The notes beneath the pieces are model-generated. The model did not search any database, was not told the DNA's origin, and saw nothing but the letters and a program-made list of their open reading frames with translations. Made by a program: the position numbers and the translations under genes. Below, piece after piece: positions 20,079 to 29,893 of a stretch of 64,000 bases of DNA. The stretch's first letter is position 1. The number at the start of each line of letters is the position of its first letter. The stretch lies in IMG/VR virus record IMGVR_UViG_3300036770_006296, positions 142,618-206,617 of that record; one strand, given 5' to 3'.

Positions 20079-20532
20079 TGTAAAAATAAAAAAGAGGATG
20101 AAGACATCGGAAAAATATAGACATATAGGGTATTCGTATCCTGGAGTACCTAGCGGATGGAAGCCTATAGTTGAGAAGACAATAGTAGAGATAGAAAGAA
20201 AAATGTGGCCTAGATGGATTCCATTGTTTGTTAAAAGATGGATACACTATCTAGCTACAGGAAACAGTGTGGTTAGGGTTAGAAGTAGATTTTGGTATAA
20301 GATAAGAACTAAGCTAACAAGGGGTCAAATGGTAACTGATATTAAAGACAAGTTTGCTACTCTTAGAATATATGGACATTTTCATGAGGAGATAGAAAAG
20401 ATAATAGAGAAAGCAGAGGATAACTGTTACCGCACTTGTGAAAAATGTGGGGGAAAAGAAAAAGTTAGAAGCGTAGGGAAAGGATGGATATACAATCTTT
20501 GTAAACCTTGTAGATTTTCTAAATCTAAATAA
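20065..20532 (+). CDS. hypothetical protein with C-terminal CxxC...CxxC
   Basis: IKDKFATLRIY, TCEKCG, LCKPC. Confidence 0.65.
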   Translation: MIMNNVKIKKRMKTSEKYRHIGYSYPGVPSGWKPIVEKTIVEIERKMWPRWIPLFVKRWIHYLATGNSVVRVRSRFWYKIRTKLTRGQMVTDIKDKFATLRIYGHFHEEIEKIIEKAEDNCYRTCEKCGGKEKVRSVGKGWIYNLCKPCRFSKSK

Positions 20533-20572
20533 ATCCTTTTTTATTCTTTAGTAGAATTTCTATTTTTATATC

Positions 20573-21391
20573 ATGAAAGTATTGACGTTGGGAGATGTGC
20601 ACGGAAGAGATAGATGGATGTTTCACACCCATGGAAGCCCTTATGAGTTTAATAATTGGATGACTATGATTGGAAAAGGGGTCCCCGCGGATGATGTAGA
20701 ATTCTGGAAAGAAATGCCATATTTACAATATGACAAAATTGTTTTTATTGGAGACTATGTTGACAGCTTTGATATTAGCAATGTTACAATCCTAGACAAT
20801 CTTAAAAAGATATTGTTTTTTAAAAAAGCATTACCAGATAAAGTAGTTCTTTTATTGGGAAATCATGATATTCAATATTTTGTTCCTAATGAAATATGCA
20901 GCGGATATAGAGCAGAAATGAAACCGGATCTTTATCAGTTATTTACAGAGAATAAAGAATGTTTTAAAGTTGCTCATTTAGAAAAAGATAATACCGGTAT
21001 TAAGTATCTTTGGACACATGCAGGTGTTACTAATGGATGGCTAAAAGATGTTTGTAAGGATATTAATAATCCAAGATATAGGCACTATGAAATAGCTAAA
21101 GACTTTGATCCTAATGATCTGGAGAAATTTATAAACGATCTATTTGAACTCAGAGTTGATAATATATTTAATGTAGATGCACATAGTGGTGGTTATAGCT
21201 TGTGGGCTGGTCCTTTTTGGGTTAGACCAACAATTCTAAATAATTATCCTCTAGAAGGTATTAATCAGATAGTTGGACACACACCGCAAAAAACTGTCGA
21301 GCATATTAAGTGTGGAGATGTTACTCATTATTTAGTAGACTGCCTTTTTGACGATTGTGATGATGTTTTAGTTCTAGATATAGAAAAATGA
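20573..21391 (+). CDS. calcineurin-like metallophosphoesterase
   Basis: GDVHG, GDYVD, GNHD, THAG, GHT. Confidence 0.88.
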   Translation: MKVLTLGDVHGRDRWMFHTHGSPYEFNNWMTMIGKGVPADDVEFWKEMPYLQYDKIVFIGDYVDSFDISNVTILDNLKKILFFKKALPDKVVLLLGNHDIQYFVPNEICSGYRAEMKPDLYQLFTENKECFKVAHLEKDNTGIKYLWTHAGVTNGWLKDVCKDINNPRYRHYEIAKDFDPNDLEKFINDLFELRVDNIFNVDAHSGGYSLWAGPFWVRPTILNNYPLEGINQIVGHTPQKTVEHIKCGDVTHYLVDCLFDDCDDVLVLDIEK

Positions 21392-21708
21392 CAAGAAAGT
21401 TTAAGTTCGATAAGGAAGACAATAGATGGTTTGTAGAATTACCCGAGTGGGAGGGGGAAAAAGAAGATCTTGAAATGGTAATGGGTGCAGACATTCTATT
21501 AGACATTCTTTCTGGAGGTTCTGACTATTGCTATGTTACTTTTAGTGACGAGCCATTTGACGAAGCTAAGATTCTTTCTTATGACTATAACGAATCTACT
21601 GCGGGCTATTACAACAATGACGCTTGGCACGGGCCATCAACGGTTTGGCTTTGTTATGTTACTGAATTTGTTTTTGGTAAATATCCAGAAAAAATATATT
21701 ACAAATGA
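21388..21708 (+). CDS. DUF6717-like phage protein
   Basis: WFVELPEW...LEMVMGAD.LLD.L, WLC.V...FG.YP. Confidence 0.55.
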   Translation: MTRKFKFDKEDNRWFVELPEWEGEKEDLEMVMGADILLDILSGGSDYCYVTFSDEPFDEAKILSYDYNESTAGYYNNDAWHGPSTVWLCYVTEFVFGKYPEKIYYK

Positions 21709-21776
21709 AAGCCGGGGTGGTTGCGATTTCCCCGGCTTTCGATGATACTTGCGTAACATCACGGTCCTAAGCCGTG
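21707..21776 (-). ncRNA. candidate small structured RNA (three adjacent hairpins)
   Basis: on minus strand CACGG-cttagga-CCGTG, GATGTTAC-GCAA-GTATCATC, 11-bp GAAAGCCGGGG/CCCCGGCTTTC. Confidence 0.4.
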
Positions 21777-21828
21777 TAATATTTTTGAAATTTTTGTTTT
21801 TAGTTAGCCTATAATATATTTATTCGCT

Positions 21829-22035
21829 ATGAAAAAAAAACAAGAAATCATCAGGGAAAAAGAGATAGATATTCCTACCTTAGCTGGTAAAAGAAAACAG
21901 CTTTTCGATAATATGAGAATTCTATATCCTAAAGGAAAAAAAGAGGCACAAATGGATCTTTGTCAAGAATTACATGAAAGTAGGATCGATTATTATCTTG
22001 AAAGTATCTTTAGCTTAAAAATTAAAAACAAATGA
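21829..22035 (+). CDS. hypothetical protein
   Basis: after GAAAT-N18-TATAA (21787/21810). Confidence 0.55.
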   Translation: MKKKQEIIREKEIDIPTLAGKRKQLFDNMRILYPKGKKEAQMDLCQELHESRIDYYLESIFSLKIKNK

Positions 22036-22274
22036 GAAAAACATTATTTATTCCTGCTATCGTATCTGTTCTTTGTTCGTGTGCTATTAAAAACGGAACT
22101 AAGGAGATAGATTGCGTTGTCACTAAATCTGAGGCGATACCAAAGAAATCTATTCATGACGAGATGAATCCTACTAAATATATGATCGAAACAGATTGTG
22201 GAAAATTTTTTAGCTCTAGAGAAAATTATCAAGTTGGTGACACAGTTAAAATGACTATAGTCTATTACAAGTAA
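22032..22274 (+). CDS. putative lipoprotein
   Basis: signal peptide with LCSC lipobox. Confidence 0.55.
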   Translation: MRKTLFIPAIVSVLCSCAIKNGTKEIDCVVTKSEAIPKKSIHDEMNPTKYMIETDCGKFFSSRENYQVGDTVKMTIVYYK

Positions 22275-22320
22275 AATTTAGGTTTTTATTTTGGGATATA
22301 TAATGTAAAAATTATATCCC

Positions 22321-23133
22321 ATGATACTTAAATTAGGCTCCAAAGGTACAGCGGTAGAAAAACTACAGAATTTTTTAGGTGTACCGATCAATGGAAATTT
22401 CGACGAAAGCGTAGATAAAGCTTTAAAAACTTGGCAAAAATCAAACGGATTAAAAGATGATGGTATAGCAGGACCAATCACTCTTAAAAAAATGGGTATA
22501 ATCCTAGAATCCGATATCCCTGTTCCTACTTCTTCTTTTAAACTTGATAAGTTAAAAGGACATATTCCCGATTCTGTTATAGCTCAAATACCAGATACCG
22601 CAGCTAAATTTGGAATAACAAACGTGCTTAGACTTTCGCATTTTCTTGCACAGTGTGGGCACGAGTCTGGAGGTTTTAAGGCAGTATCAGAAAATCTTAA
22701 CTATTCAGCCGATGGTTTAAAAAAGATATTTGGAAAATATTTCCCTGGTAATCTTAATGAGTCATATGCTAGACAACCAGAAAAAATTGCTGCTAGAGTT
22801 TACGGAAGTAGAATGGGAAATGGCGATGAAGCTTCCAAAGACGGATGGAAATTTAGAGGAAGAGGATACATCCAATTAACAGGAAAATCTAATTACGAAG
22901 CATTCGACAAATTTGTAGATGATGACATATTAGGTAATCCAGATTTAGTTGCAACCAAATACCCTCTAATGTCAGCAGCTTGGTTTTTCAATAAAAATGG
23001 TCTATGGACTATTTGTGATAAGGGCGCGGATGATGCAACGGTTACTGCTGTTACAAAAAGAGTAAACGGAGGAACTATAGGATTATCTGATAGGATTAAA
23101 CATTTTAAAGAGTATTATTCTTTGCTTAAATAA
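22321..23133 (+). CDS. endolysin, PG-binding domain + glycoside hydrolase family 19
   Basis: DGIAGPIT PG-binding repeat; FLAQCGHESGG, FRGRGYIQLTG, VNGG..GL.DR. Confidence 0.9.
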   Translation: MILKLGSKGTAVEKLQNFLGVPINGNFDESVDKALKTWQKSNGLKDDGIAGPITLKKMGIILESDIPVPTSSFKLDKLKGHIPDSVIAQIPDTAAKFGITNVLRLSHFLAQCGHESGGFKAVSENLNYSADGLKKIFGKYFPGNLNESYARQPEKIAARVYGSRMGNGDEASKDGWKFRGRGYIQLTGKSNYEAFDKFVDDDILGNPDLVATKYPLMSAAWFFNKNGLWTICDKGADDATVTAVTKRVNGGTIGLSDRIKHFKEYYSLLK

Positions 23134-23158
23134 TATATACAGTAAAATAATTTATAAT

Positions 23159-23767
23159 ATGTGTTATACTAGAGAACAAATAGAAAAGGCTGTTAAAGCA
23201 AAAGGATATGTTTGGTTCGCGGATGATGCAAACAAAACATACGACGTAAACATAGTTGGTGTTAGAAATAATGCACCAAGTGTTGCTGATAAGGTAACTA
23301 ATGTTTTTGATGACTGTTTAACAATCTCTTATAAAGACGAAGCTGCTGCATGGCAATTCTTCTGCTGGATGGGAACTTGTGACCCGGGTAAAAAAGGGGT
23401 TATGGAGTTTCATAACAATAAAGGAGTTGCTAGATTAGTACCCGGTCAATATAGAGGGGTTTGGAAAATAGACAAACACCAGGGCAAATACGATGCTCTT
23501 TGTCAAAGAAACGGAAACGTAACTGTTTGGAGAGATGCTAATAGAGATTTGCTTTTTGAAGAAAAAGTAACAGACACTGGTATGTTTGGTATTAACATAC
23601 ACAAAGCAGGACAAGATTCTACATGGGTAGAAAATTGGTCAGAGGGGTGTCAAGTATTTAAAAGAGTTAAGGATTTTGATGCTTTTATGGCTATTTGTAG
23701 AAAAGCTTCTAAAATTCACGGGAATAAGTTCTCTTATACTCTATTAGAATCTACGGATATAGTTTAA
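23159..23767 (+). CDS. L,D-transpeptidase/carboxypeptidase-like protein
   Basis: GINIH...WSEGCQV resembles YkuD H-x(n)-S-x-G-C motif. Confidence 0.55.
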   Translation: MCYTREQIEKAVKAKGYVWFADDANKTYDVNIVGVRNNAPSVADKVTNVFDDCLTISYKDEAAAWQFFCWMGTCDPGKKGVMEFHNNKGVARLVPGQYRGVWKIDKHQGKYDALCQRNGNVTVWRDANRDLLFEEKVTDTGMFGINIHKAGQDSTWVENWSEGCQVFKRVKDFDAFMAICRKASKIHGNKFSYTLLESTDIV

Positions 23768-23768
23768 T

Positions 23769-24035
23769 CTATATTCTTTTTATCAATATTTTAAGATCTT
23801 TAGATCCTTTTATGAGGCGATGATATTCGCCTCTTTTTATTTGTATAGGCCCTTTTAGTTCGATCGGGAGAAGATTATCAAATTGAAATTTCCAATCAGT
23901 TTCTCCTATAGCTTCTATTATCCTGTCCTCTTCATCGAAGTGCCATTTAAGCTCCTCGTCAAATAAAGATTCTTTAAATATCCTGATGGATTCTTTCTCT
24001 GAAATCCATTCCTCTCCGAAGGGTAAATCTTCCAT
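23769..24035 (-). CDS. small cupin-like late protein
   Basis: WHFDEEDR...YHRLIKG; GATATATA (-) at 24040. Confidence 0.5.
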   Translation of the reverse strand: MEDLPFGEEWISEKESIRIFKESLFDEELKWHFDEEDRIIEAIGETDWKFQFDNLLPIELKGPIQIKRGEYHRLIKGSKDLKILIKRI

Positions 24036-24088
24036 AATTTATATATCTTTTTTAAGGCCACGAAGGAATATATAATACAACTAACACT

Positions 24089-25855
24089 ATGTCTACTCTA
24101 TCTAAAATCTCTCTGGTATTATCTGCTTTAATAATGTCTATTTATTTTAGTATACAATCTCTATTAGTTTTCAATTATATCGATTATACGGAATCTTTGG
24201 GTAGATTTGAATATGGATGTTTCGTTTTATTTGTCCCACTTTTTTCGATAGTTGTTAGAGAGTTTATAATAAAAAATAAGAGGAGTATTAAATTAAATAT
24301 CTATGGTAAAAAATTAAATGACGTTCTTGTGAAGCAGTCGCATAATAGATTATTCTATAATGGAAATCTATCAGAGGCTGCTAAAGAATTAACTAAAGAG
24401 GTCACACAATCCATTAATGTTGAGAGATGCTCAGTTTGGCTATACAATAGGGATAAAACATCAATAGTTTGCCAACAGCTTTATATTAAGTCAGAGTACA
24501 CTTGGTATCAGGGATCTGAATTACTCGAGAAAGACTTTAGGCCCTATTTTGATGCTTTGAAAAATAATCCTGTCATTGTAGCAAATAATGCAGAGAAACA
24601 TCCCTCTACATCTTGCTTTAGTGAAGTTTATTTAAAACCATTGGGCATAAAATCGATGTTAGATGTACCTATCCTGTTTAAAGGTGATGTAATAGGAGTA
24701 ATATGTATAGAGAGCTTAGTAAAAAAAGAATGGTGTGAATTCGAGATTAATTTTTCCAAGTTGCTCTCTTCCTTATATACTTTTTCTTATTCAGTAAAAG
24801 AAAACAAAAAACAAGATCAAAAAATAGATGACATTAATAATTTTATAGATGAAGCTGCCCTTGTTTCTAAAACAGACGCAAAGGGAAAAATTGTATATGT
24901 GAATAAAAAATTCGAGGAGGTATCAGGATGGAGTCTGAAAGAAGTAATAGGTAAGGACCACAATATAGTTAATTCAGGTGAACATCCCAAGGAAATGTGG
25001 GCAGAAATGTATAAGAGTGTTTTAGTAGATAAAAATATTTGGAATAGGGTTATTACAAACAAAGCAAAAGATGGACATTTATACCATGTGGACACTTATA
25101 TAAAAGCGGAATTCGACACGGAGACTGGAGATCTAATAGGATTTATTTCTATCAGGCAGGATGTAAGTAAAATAGTATATACATTACAAGAGATAGACAA
25201 GAAAAATACTTATTTAGAACATGCTGCTAAAATAATTAGACATGACATGCACTCGGGAATAAACACCTATATTCCAAGGGGGATTAGCTCACTAGAAAGA
25301 AGACTTTCCGACGAAGATATAAAAAATCTTAAAATAGAAGCTCCATTAAAAATGATTAAAGAAGGGCTTAGACATACTCAAAAGGTATATAAAGGAGTTT
25401 ATGAGTTTACTAATCTTGTTAAAAAGGACGCAGCCCTTAACAAGGATGAAATAGATCTAAAGTATATCCTCGACGATTATCTTTCTTCGACTGCTTATAA
25501 AAGCCAGGTTGATATATCAAACTTAGGAAAGTTTAGTGTCAATGAGGCTCTTTTTTGCACTGCAATTGATAATTTAATAAGGAACGGACTTAAATATAAT
25601 GATAGTAACAACAAATCTGTAAAAATATCAAGAATAGGAAATATTATTTATGTTGAAGACAATGGTAGAGGCTTAACATCTGAAGAATTTAAGACTCTTT
25701 CTAAACCATATACTAGGAAGGAGGGTCAAAAAGAAACCGGTACTGGCTTAGGATTAAATATATGTATATCAATACTCAAAGAACACGGATTTTCAGTCGA
25801 TTGTGAAAAAAAGGTTGAAGGCGGATCTAGAATAAAAATAAAGTTAGATAAATGA
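24089..25855 (+). CDS. sensor histidine kinase (2TM-GAF-PAS-HisKA-HATPase)
   Basis: GAF (SMLDVPI..G.VIGVICIE), PAS (YVNKKFEEVSGW), H-box RHDMHSGIN, N-box NLIRNGLKYN, EDNGRG, GTGLGL. Confidence 0.92.
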   Translation: MSTLSKISLVLSALIMSIYFSIQSLLVFNYIDYTESLGRFEYGCFVLFVPLFSIVVREFIIKNKRSIKLNIYGKKLNDVLVKQSHNRLFYNGNLSEAAKELTKEVTQSINVERCSVWLYNRDKTSIVCQQLYIKSEYTWYQGSELLEKDFRPYFDALKNNPVIVANNAEKHPSTSCFSEVYLKPLGIKSMLDVPILFKGDVIGVICIESLVKKEWCEFEINFSKLLSSLYTFSYSVKENKKQDQKIDDINNFIDEAALVSKTDAKGKIVYVNKKFEEVSGWSLKEVIGKDHNIVNSGEHPKEMWAEMYKSVLVDKNIWNRVITNKAKDGHLYHVDTYIKAEFDTETGDLIGFISIRQDVSKIVYTLQEIDKKNTYLEHAAKIIRHDMHSGINTYIPRGISSLERRLSDEDIKNLKIEAPLKMIKEGLRHTQKVYKGVYEFTNLVKKDAALNKDEIDLKYILDDYLSSTAYKSQVDISNLGKFSVNEALFCTAIDNLIRNGLKYNDSNNKSVKISRIGNIIYVEDNGRGLTSEEFKTLSKPYTRKEGQKETGTGLGLNICISILKEHGFSVDCEKKVEGGSRIKIKLDK

Positions 25856-26457
25856 AAAAAATATTTTTAATTATTATCCTATTGGGGATAAGGGGATTTT
25901 GCTTTTCTCAAAACTTTTATCCGATACAAACAATTTTAAAAGGAGATTCTGTTGTTATATACACGCTAGAACAGTCTCAAGATATAAATCTAATGATACA
26001 GAATCAAAAATCATTAAATGTAAGCTATAAGAGCAAATATGAGCACTATCTAGGAAAAACAGACAGTTTAGAAAAAATAGTAGCTGCGCAACTGTACTTG
26101 ATTGATAGCTTAAGATTAGTTCAAAAAAATCAAGATAGCTTGGAAAAAAAATTACACACAATAGAAAGTTGGTTAGTAAAAGCATCAATCGATAACTCTT
26201 ACCTCTATATGTCATGGCAGGATTCTAAAATTAAATCGGTGGACCTAACATTATATACTGTTCATTGCAGTATGCAAACAGGAACGATAAGAATGGTTAG
26301 GAGAGGTCCTAATGATGAATTTTATACCTGGAAAGGAATAAACCACACAAGAAGAGAAAGCCCCTCCATTAACTGGGAATTAAAATATCCAGAGGAAGAT
26401 AGGCCGATAGTTAATAATTTACCAGTAGATATCAAAATAAGTCAATATGTAAGATGA
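25852..26457 (+). CDS. secreted coiled-coil protein in two-component operon
   Basis: signal peptide, coupled start/stop with both kinases. Confidence 0.65.
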   Translation: MKKIFLIIILLGIRGFCFSQNFYPIQTILKGDSVVIYTLEQSQDINLMIQNQKSLNVSYKSKYEHYLGKTDSLEKIVAAQLYLIDSLRLVQKNQDSLEKKLHTIESWLVKASIDNSYLYMSWQDSKIKSVDLTLYTVHCSMQTGTIRMVRRGPNDEFYTWKGINHTRRESPSINWELKYPEEDRPIVNNLPVDIKISQYVR

Positions 26458-27893
26458 AAAAAATAGTGCTTTTAGTAGTAATACTATTCTCTTTCCAGAG
26501 CTTTTCTACCGCTCAAGGAATAACCCCGAATAAAAAATCTATAGTTGAAGCTGTTTGGGATCAAGGAATACCAGTTTGTCCTGATGACAAATACATATCT
26601 TCACTTATCGACAAAGTTGGATTTGATAATCTAAGAAATAATAAAAAACCTATTGATAAGAATGAAGCTAAATTGTGTAGGGAGATAGGGATTGCTTTTT
26701 ACAATAGGGGAATGTATGAAGCTGCTGACTGGTATTTAGAAAGAGTCAGAGGATACGTTGAGGTTGTAGAACTCGAGCCGGAGGTGGTTTTTGAAACACC
26801 CAAGCAGGAAGAGGAAGAGGAGGATGTTTCTATAGATGATATAAAAAGTCTAGAAGCGGACAAGGAATTTTTACAAAATCTTCCTAAAAGTTACGACAAC
26901 GTTTCTCCCGGTGACATGAAAAAGTTAGCGGACCAAATTGAAGACCAAATAAAAAAGCTCATTGCAGAAAAAGAAGCTTTATTAAAAAGAAATGCTCCTA
27001 AATCTGTTATAGATGCTAAGGATGCTGCTATAGGATCTTTAGGAAAAGAAAAAGAAATCATAGACCTATCTATAGAAAAAGAAGATTTAGAGGTAGAAGT
27101 AGTTGACTTAGAAGACGATAAAAAAGTATTAAGGAAATATTTAATAGGATCCGTTATAGGAATTATTATAGCTATTTTAGCAATAATAGCTCTACTACAA
27201 AGGAAAACAATAAGAGTAAAAGACGTAGAGCTAGAAAAGCAGTTAGATGATATCAATAAGAAAAATACTTATCTTGAATATGCTGCTAGAATTATTAGAC
27301 ATGATATGCACAGTGGTATTAATACTTATATGCCTAGAGGCCTTTCCTCTCTACAGAAAAGAATGGATCAGGAAAAAATCGATGAACTAAAGATCGGTCC
27401 TTCTTTAAAGATGATTTCAGAGGGATTAGCACACACCCAAAAGGTATATAAAAATGTATATGAATTTACAAATCTCGTAAAAGTTAAGGCAGATTTTAGT
27501 ACTAAAGAAATAGATCTAAAGGAGGCTTTGGAGAAATATCTAGCTAACACCTCATACAGAAATCAAGTTGTAATAGATGATCTTGGTTTGGTAAATGCTA
27601 ATGAGCAATTGTTTTGTAATGCAATAGATAATCTGATTAAAAATGGCCTCAAATACAACGAGAAAAACGACAAATGTGTTAAGATATATAAGGAAGTAGA
27701 TGTAATAGTTGTTGAAGATAATGGTATAGGATTAACGTCTAAAAAATTCGAAGAATTAATCAAAAAAGGCATTGATACAGAATCTGATACCGGTATTGGA
27801 TTAAGTATTACAAAAGCAATTATTGAAGAACATGGCTATTCCATCTTTTGTGAGAAAGTTGAGAATGGCACAAAAATGAAAATAAAAATATAA
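26454..27893 (+). CDS. sensor histidine kinase (signal peptide, TPR-like extracytoplasmic region, TM, HisKA-HATPase)
   Basis: IGIAFYNRGMYEAADWYL TPR-like; RHDMHSGIN, NLIKNGLKYN, EDNGIG, TGIGL. Confidence 0.9.
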   Translation: MKKIVLLVVILFSFQSFSTAQGITPNKKSIVEAVWDQGIPVCPDDKYISSLIDKVGFDNLRNNKKPIDKNEAKLCREIGIAFYNRGMYEAADWYLERVRGYVEVVELEPEVVFETPKQEEEEEDVSIDDIKSLEADKEFLQNLPKSYDNVSPGDMKKLADQIEDQIKKLIAEKEALLKRNAPKSVIDAKDAAIGSLGKEKEIIDLSIEKEDLEVEVVDLEDDKKVLRKYLIGSVIGIIIAILAIIALLQRKTIRVKDVELEKQLDDINKKNTYLEYAARIIRHDMHSGINTYMPRGLSSLQKRMDQEKIDELKIGPSLKMISEGLAHTQKVYKNVYEFTNLVKVKADFSTKEIDLKEALEKYLANTSYRNQVVIDDLGLVNANEQLFCNAIDNLIKNGLKYNEKNDKCVKIYKEVDVIVVEDNGIGLTSKKFEELIKKGIDTESDTGIGLSITKAIIEEHGYSIFCEKVENGTKMKIKI

Positions 27894-27894
27894 A

Positions 27895-28326
27895 ATGATT
27901 AATTCTATACTATTAGTTGATGATGAGGATTTATTCCACTTAGTTTTTGAAGATGCCTGCAGTCTTTTGGATATAACACTTTCTCTTGAAAGTCTAACTT
28001 CTGCTGATGAAGCAGAGAAACTGTTTAAAGCATGGCACAAAGAAGCCGATGGAAAACCTGAGTGTGTGTTTGTAGATCTTAATATAATAGGTTCTTCTTT
28101 CGATGGCATAGAGCTAATAAGAAAAATAAATTTTGAATACGGTAATCATGTTGTTATCGGTATTATCTCCTCATCAAACGAACCAGAGGAACAATCAAAA
28201 GCTTTACAGGCCGGAGCTCAGTTTTGGATAATAAAATCCGACGACATAGAACCTAGGTTAGAGGATTTTAAAAAAGATTATGAGGGATATAAAAACAGAA
28301 CAAATTCGTTCAAGGTTTATAAATAG
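27895..28326 (+). CDS. single-domain response regulator (receiver only)
   Basis: ILLVDDED, VFVDLNI phospho-Asp, IISSS, IIK. Confidence 0.9.
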   Translation: MINSILLVDDEDLFHLVFEDACSLLDITLSLESLTSADEAEKLFKAWHKEADGKPECVFVDLNIIGSSFDGIELIRKINFEYGNHVVIGIISSSNEPEEQSKALQAGAQFWIIKSDDIEPRLEDFKKDYEGYKNRTNSFKVYK

Positions 28327-28331
28327 AATAT

Positions 28332-29009
28332 ATGAAGCTAAACAAAGAAACTAGGGGACAGCTTCTAGATTTATGGAAGAAAAGAAAAATAAGTCTAAGT
28401 GGTAATATCCTAAAGGTTATAGATGCTGATGGTGACGAGGAGCTGAAAAAATATTTAGACGAATCTATCCAAAGAGACAACGAAGTTAGAAGAAAAAGAC
28501 TGGATGTTACTAAGAAGGTGCAATCACAAAATGATGAGCTAATAGTTTGGAAAGAAGAGAATGAAAAGATACAAAAAGAACTTCTAGATTCTCTTAAAAA
28601 AACTGAGGAGTCAATGCAGGAGTCAGAAAGACTCAGAGAAGAAGCAGAAAAAGCCAAAGAAGAAGCAGAAGCTTCAATGTTAGAAGCTCAATCTGCTAAA
28701 GAAGAAGCTGAAATAGCTAGAGAAGAAGCAGAAAATGCTAAAAACGCTGCAGAAAATGATCTAGATCTGATACAGAAAAAAACGCAGTTTGAATTAATAG
28801 GAACTATTATTAGAGTTGCTCTTTGGGTAATTCTTGGAGTAGGTGTTGTAACAACTATGGTTTATCTTATAGCTCTTTTTACTGGAGTTGATACTGCAGT
28901 TATTGGATCAACTTGGTCAAATATAGTTGGTATACTATTGACCAACTCATTTAGCATAGTTGGTACTATAATGGGTGTAAAATACGCATCTGAAAAGGAA
29001 AGTAAATAG
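28332..29009 (+). CDS. coiled-coil protein with two C-terminal TM helices
   Basis: EEA/EKA heptad run then two hydrophobic segments; last gene of the operon. Confidence 0.7.
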   Translation: MKLNKETRGQLLDLWKKRKISLSGNILKVIDADGDEELKKYLDESIQRDNEVRRKRLDVTKKVQSQNDELIVWKEENEKIQKELLDSLKKTEESMQESERLREEAEKAKEEAEASMLEAQSAKEEAEIAREEAENAKNAAENDLDLIQKKTQFELIGTIIRVALWVILGVGVVTTMVYLIALFTGVDTAVIGSTWSNIVGILLTNSFSIVGTIMGVKYASEKESK

Positions 29010-29579
29010 TTATTCAAATCTTTTTTCTTCCGCTATAGAATTTAAATATTCGTTCAGTTCTAGTTCTTTTCCTCCTTTACTTACAAACAGAGTATATTTA
29101 TTATTATCCGCTTCCTCATCGGTCGTTCTATCTATGACATCGTCAGCTCCTAGTTTGAATTTTATTCTATTTGCTAAATCTGATCTTGTTTTTTCGTCAT
29201 TGAATTCCCATTGATATTCAGAAATAATGTTTGTTATTTCCTCTCTAATTATATCCGATTCAACACTAGAGGGAAGCAAATTATTAAGATATACTACATT
29301 TGATAAATGCGATGCAATAGTAGGAACTAGATACATTTTCATCATAAGAACCGGGGTCATAGAAACTTCATCTATCCAAGACTCAAATTCAAAATCCATG
29401 ATCTTGTCTTTGTGTGTATGTATGTAATCCTCGATAACTTCGATACATCCCTCATAGTCCTCTATAAGATCCTCTATAGTAAAAGGAAAAAACTTTTTAA
29501 TTGTTTTTGGTCCTCTCTGAAGAGATTCTATTTTTTCAAATATTGAATCTCTAATATCAACTTTTATATTTTTTTCCAT
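29010..29579 (-). CDS. hypothetical protein (weak tail-sheath C-terminal-like motif)
   Basis: YQWEFNDEKTR. Confidence 0.5.
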   Translation of the reverse strand: MEKNIKVDIRDSIFEKIESLQRGPKTIKKFFPFTIEDLIEDYEGCIEVIEDYIHTHKDKIMDFEFESWIDEVSMTPVLMMKMYLVPTIASHLSNVVYLNNLLPSSVESDIIREEITNIISEYQWEFNDEKTRSDLANRIKFKLGADDVIDRTTDEEADNNKYTLFVSKGGKELELNEYLNSIAEEKRFE

Positions 29580-29641
29580 ATTATTTCTAGATATTTATTG
29601 TAAAAAAATTTCGTTCTCAATAGGATAAATAAAGATAAAAT

Positions 29642-29842
29642 ATGGACTATAGAGAATACCTTGAAAACATAAAAAAGAAACTAGACTCTTTAAATAAAGT
29701 TGCTGGAGTTAACCCAGAAGCAGACAGGGAGCTTAAAAAACAAATGCAACAATCTCAGATGCCATCCGATGAGATATTCGATATGTTAGGGCACGGTGCT
29801 AAAATGTGGATGGATAAGAATAAAAATCAAAATCCTTTGTAA
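29642..29842 (+). CDS. hypothetical protein
   Basis: GATAAATA upstream. Confidence 0.55.
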   Translation: MDYREYLENIKKKLDSLNKVAGVNPEADRELKKQMQQSQMPSDEIFDMLGHGAKMWMDKNKNQNPL

Positions 29843-29893
29843 CTAATCTGGCTTTAGACCGTAAGAAGTTTATAATCCATTAAAAATGTATTA

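Noticed and set aside
26891-28657. Minus-strand ORFs within the two-component operon (and similar antisense ORFs elsewhere)
   Set aside because: Ser/Phe/Leu-rich shadows of well-supported opposite-strand genes.
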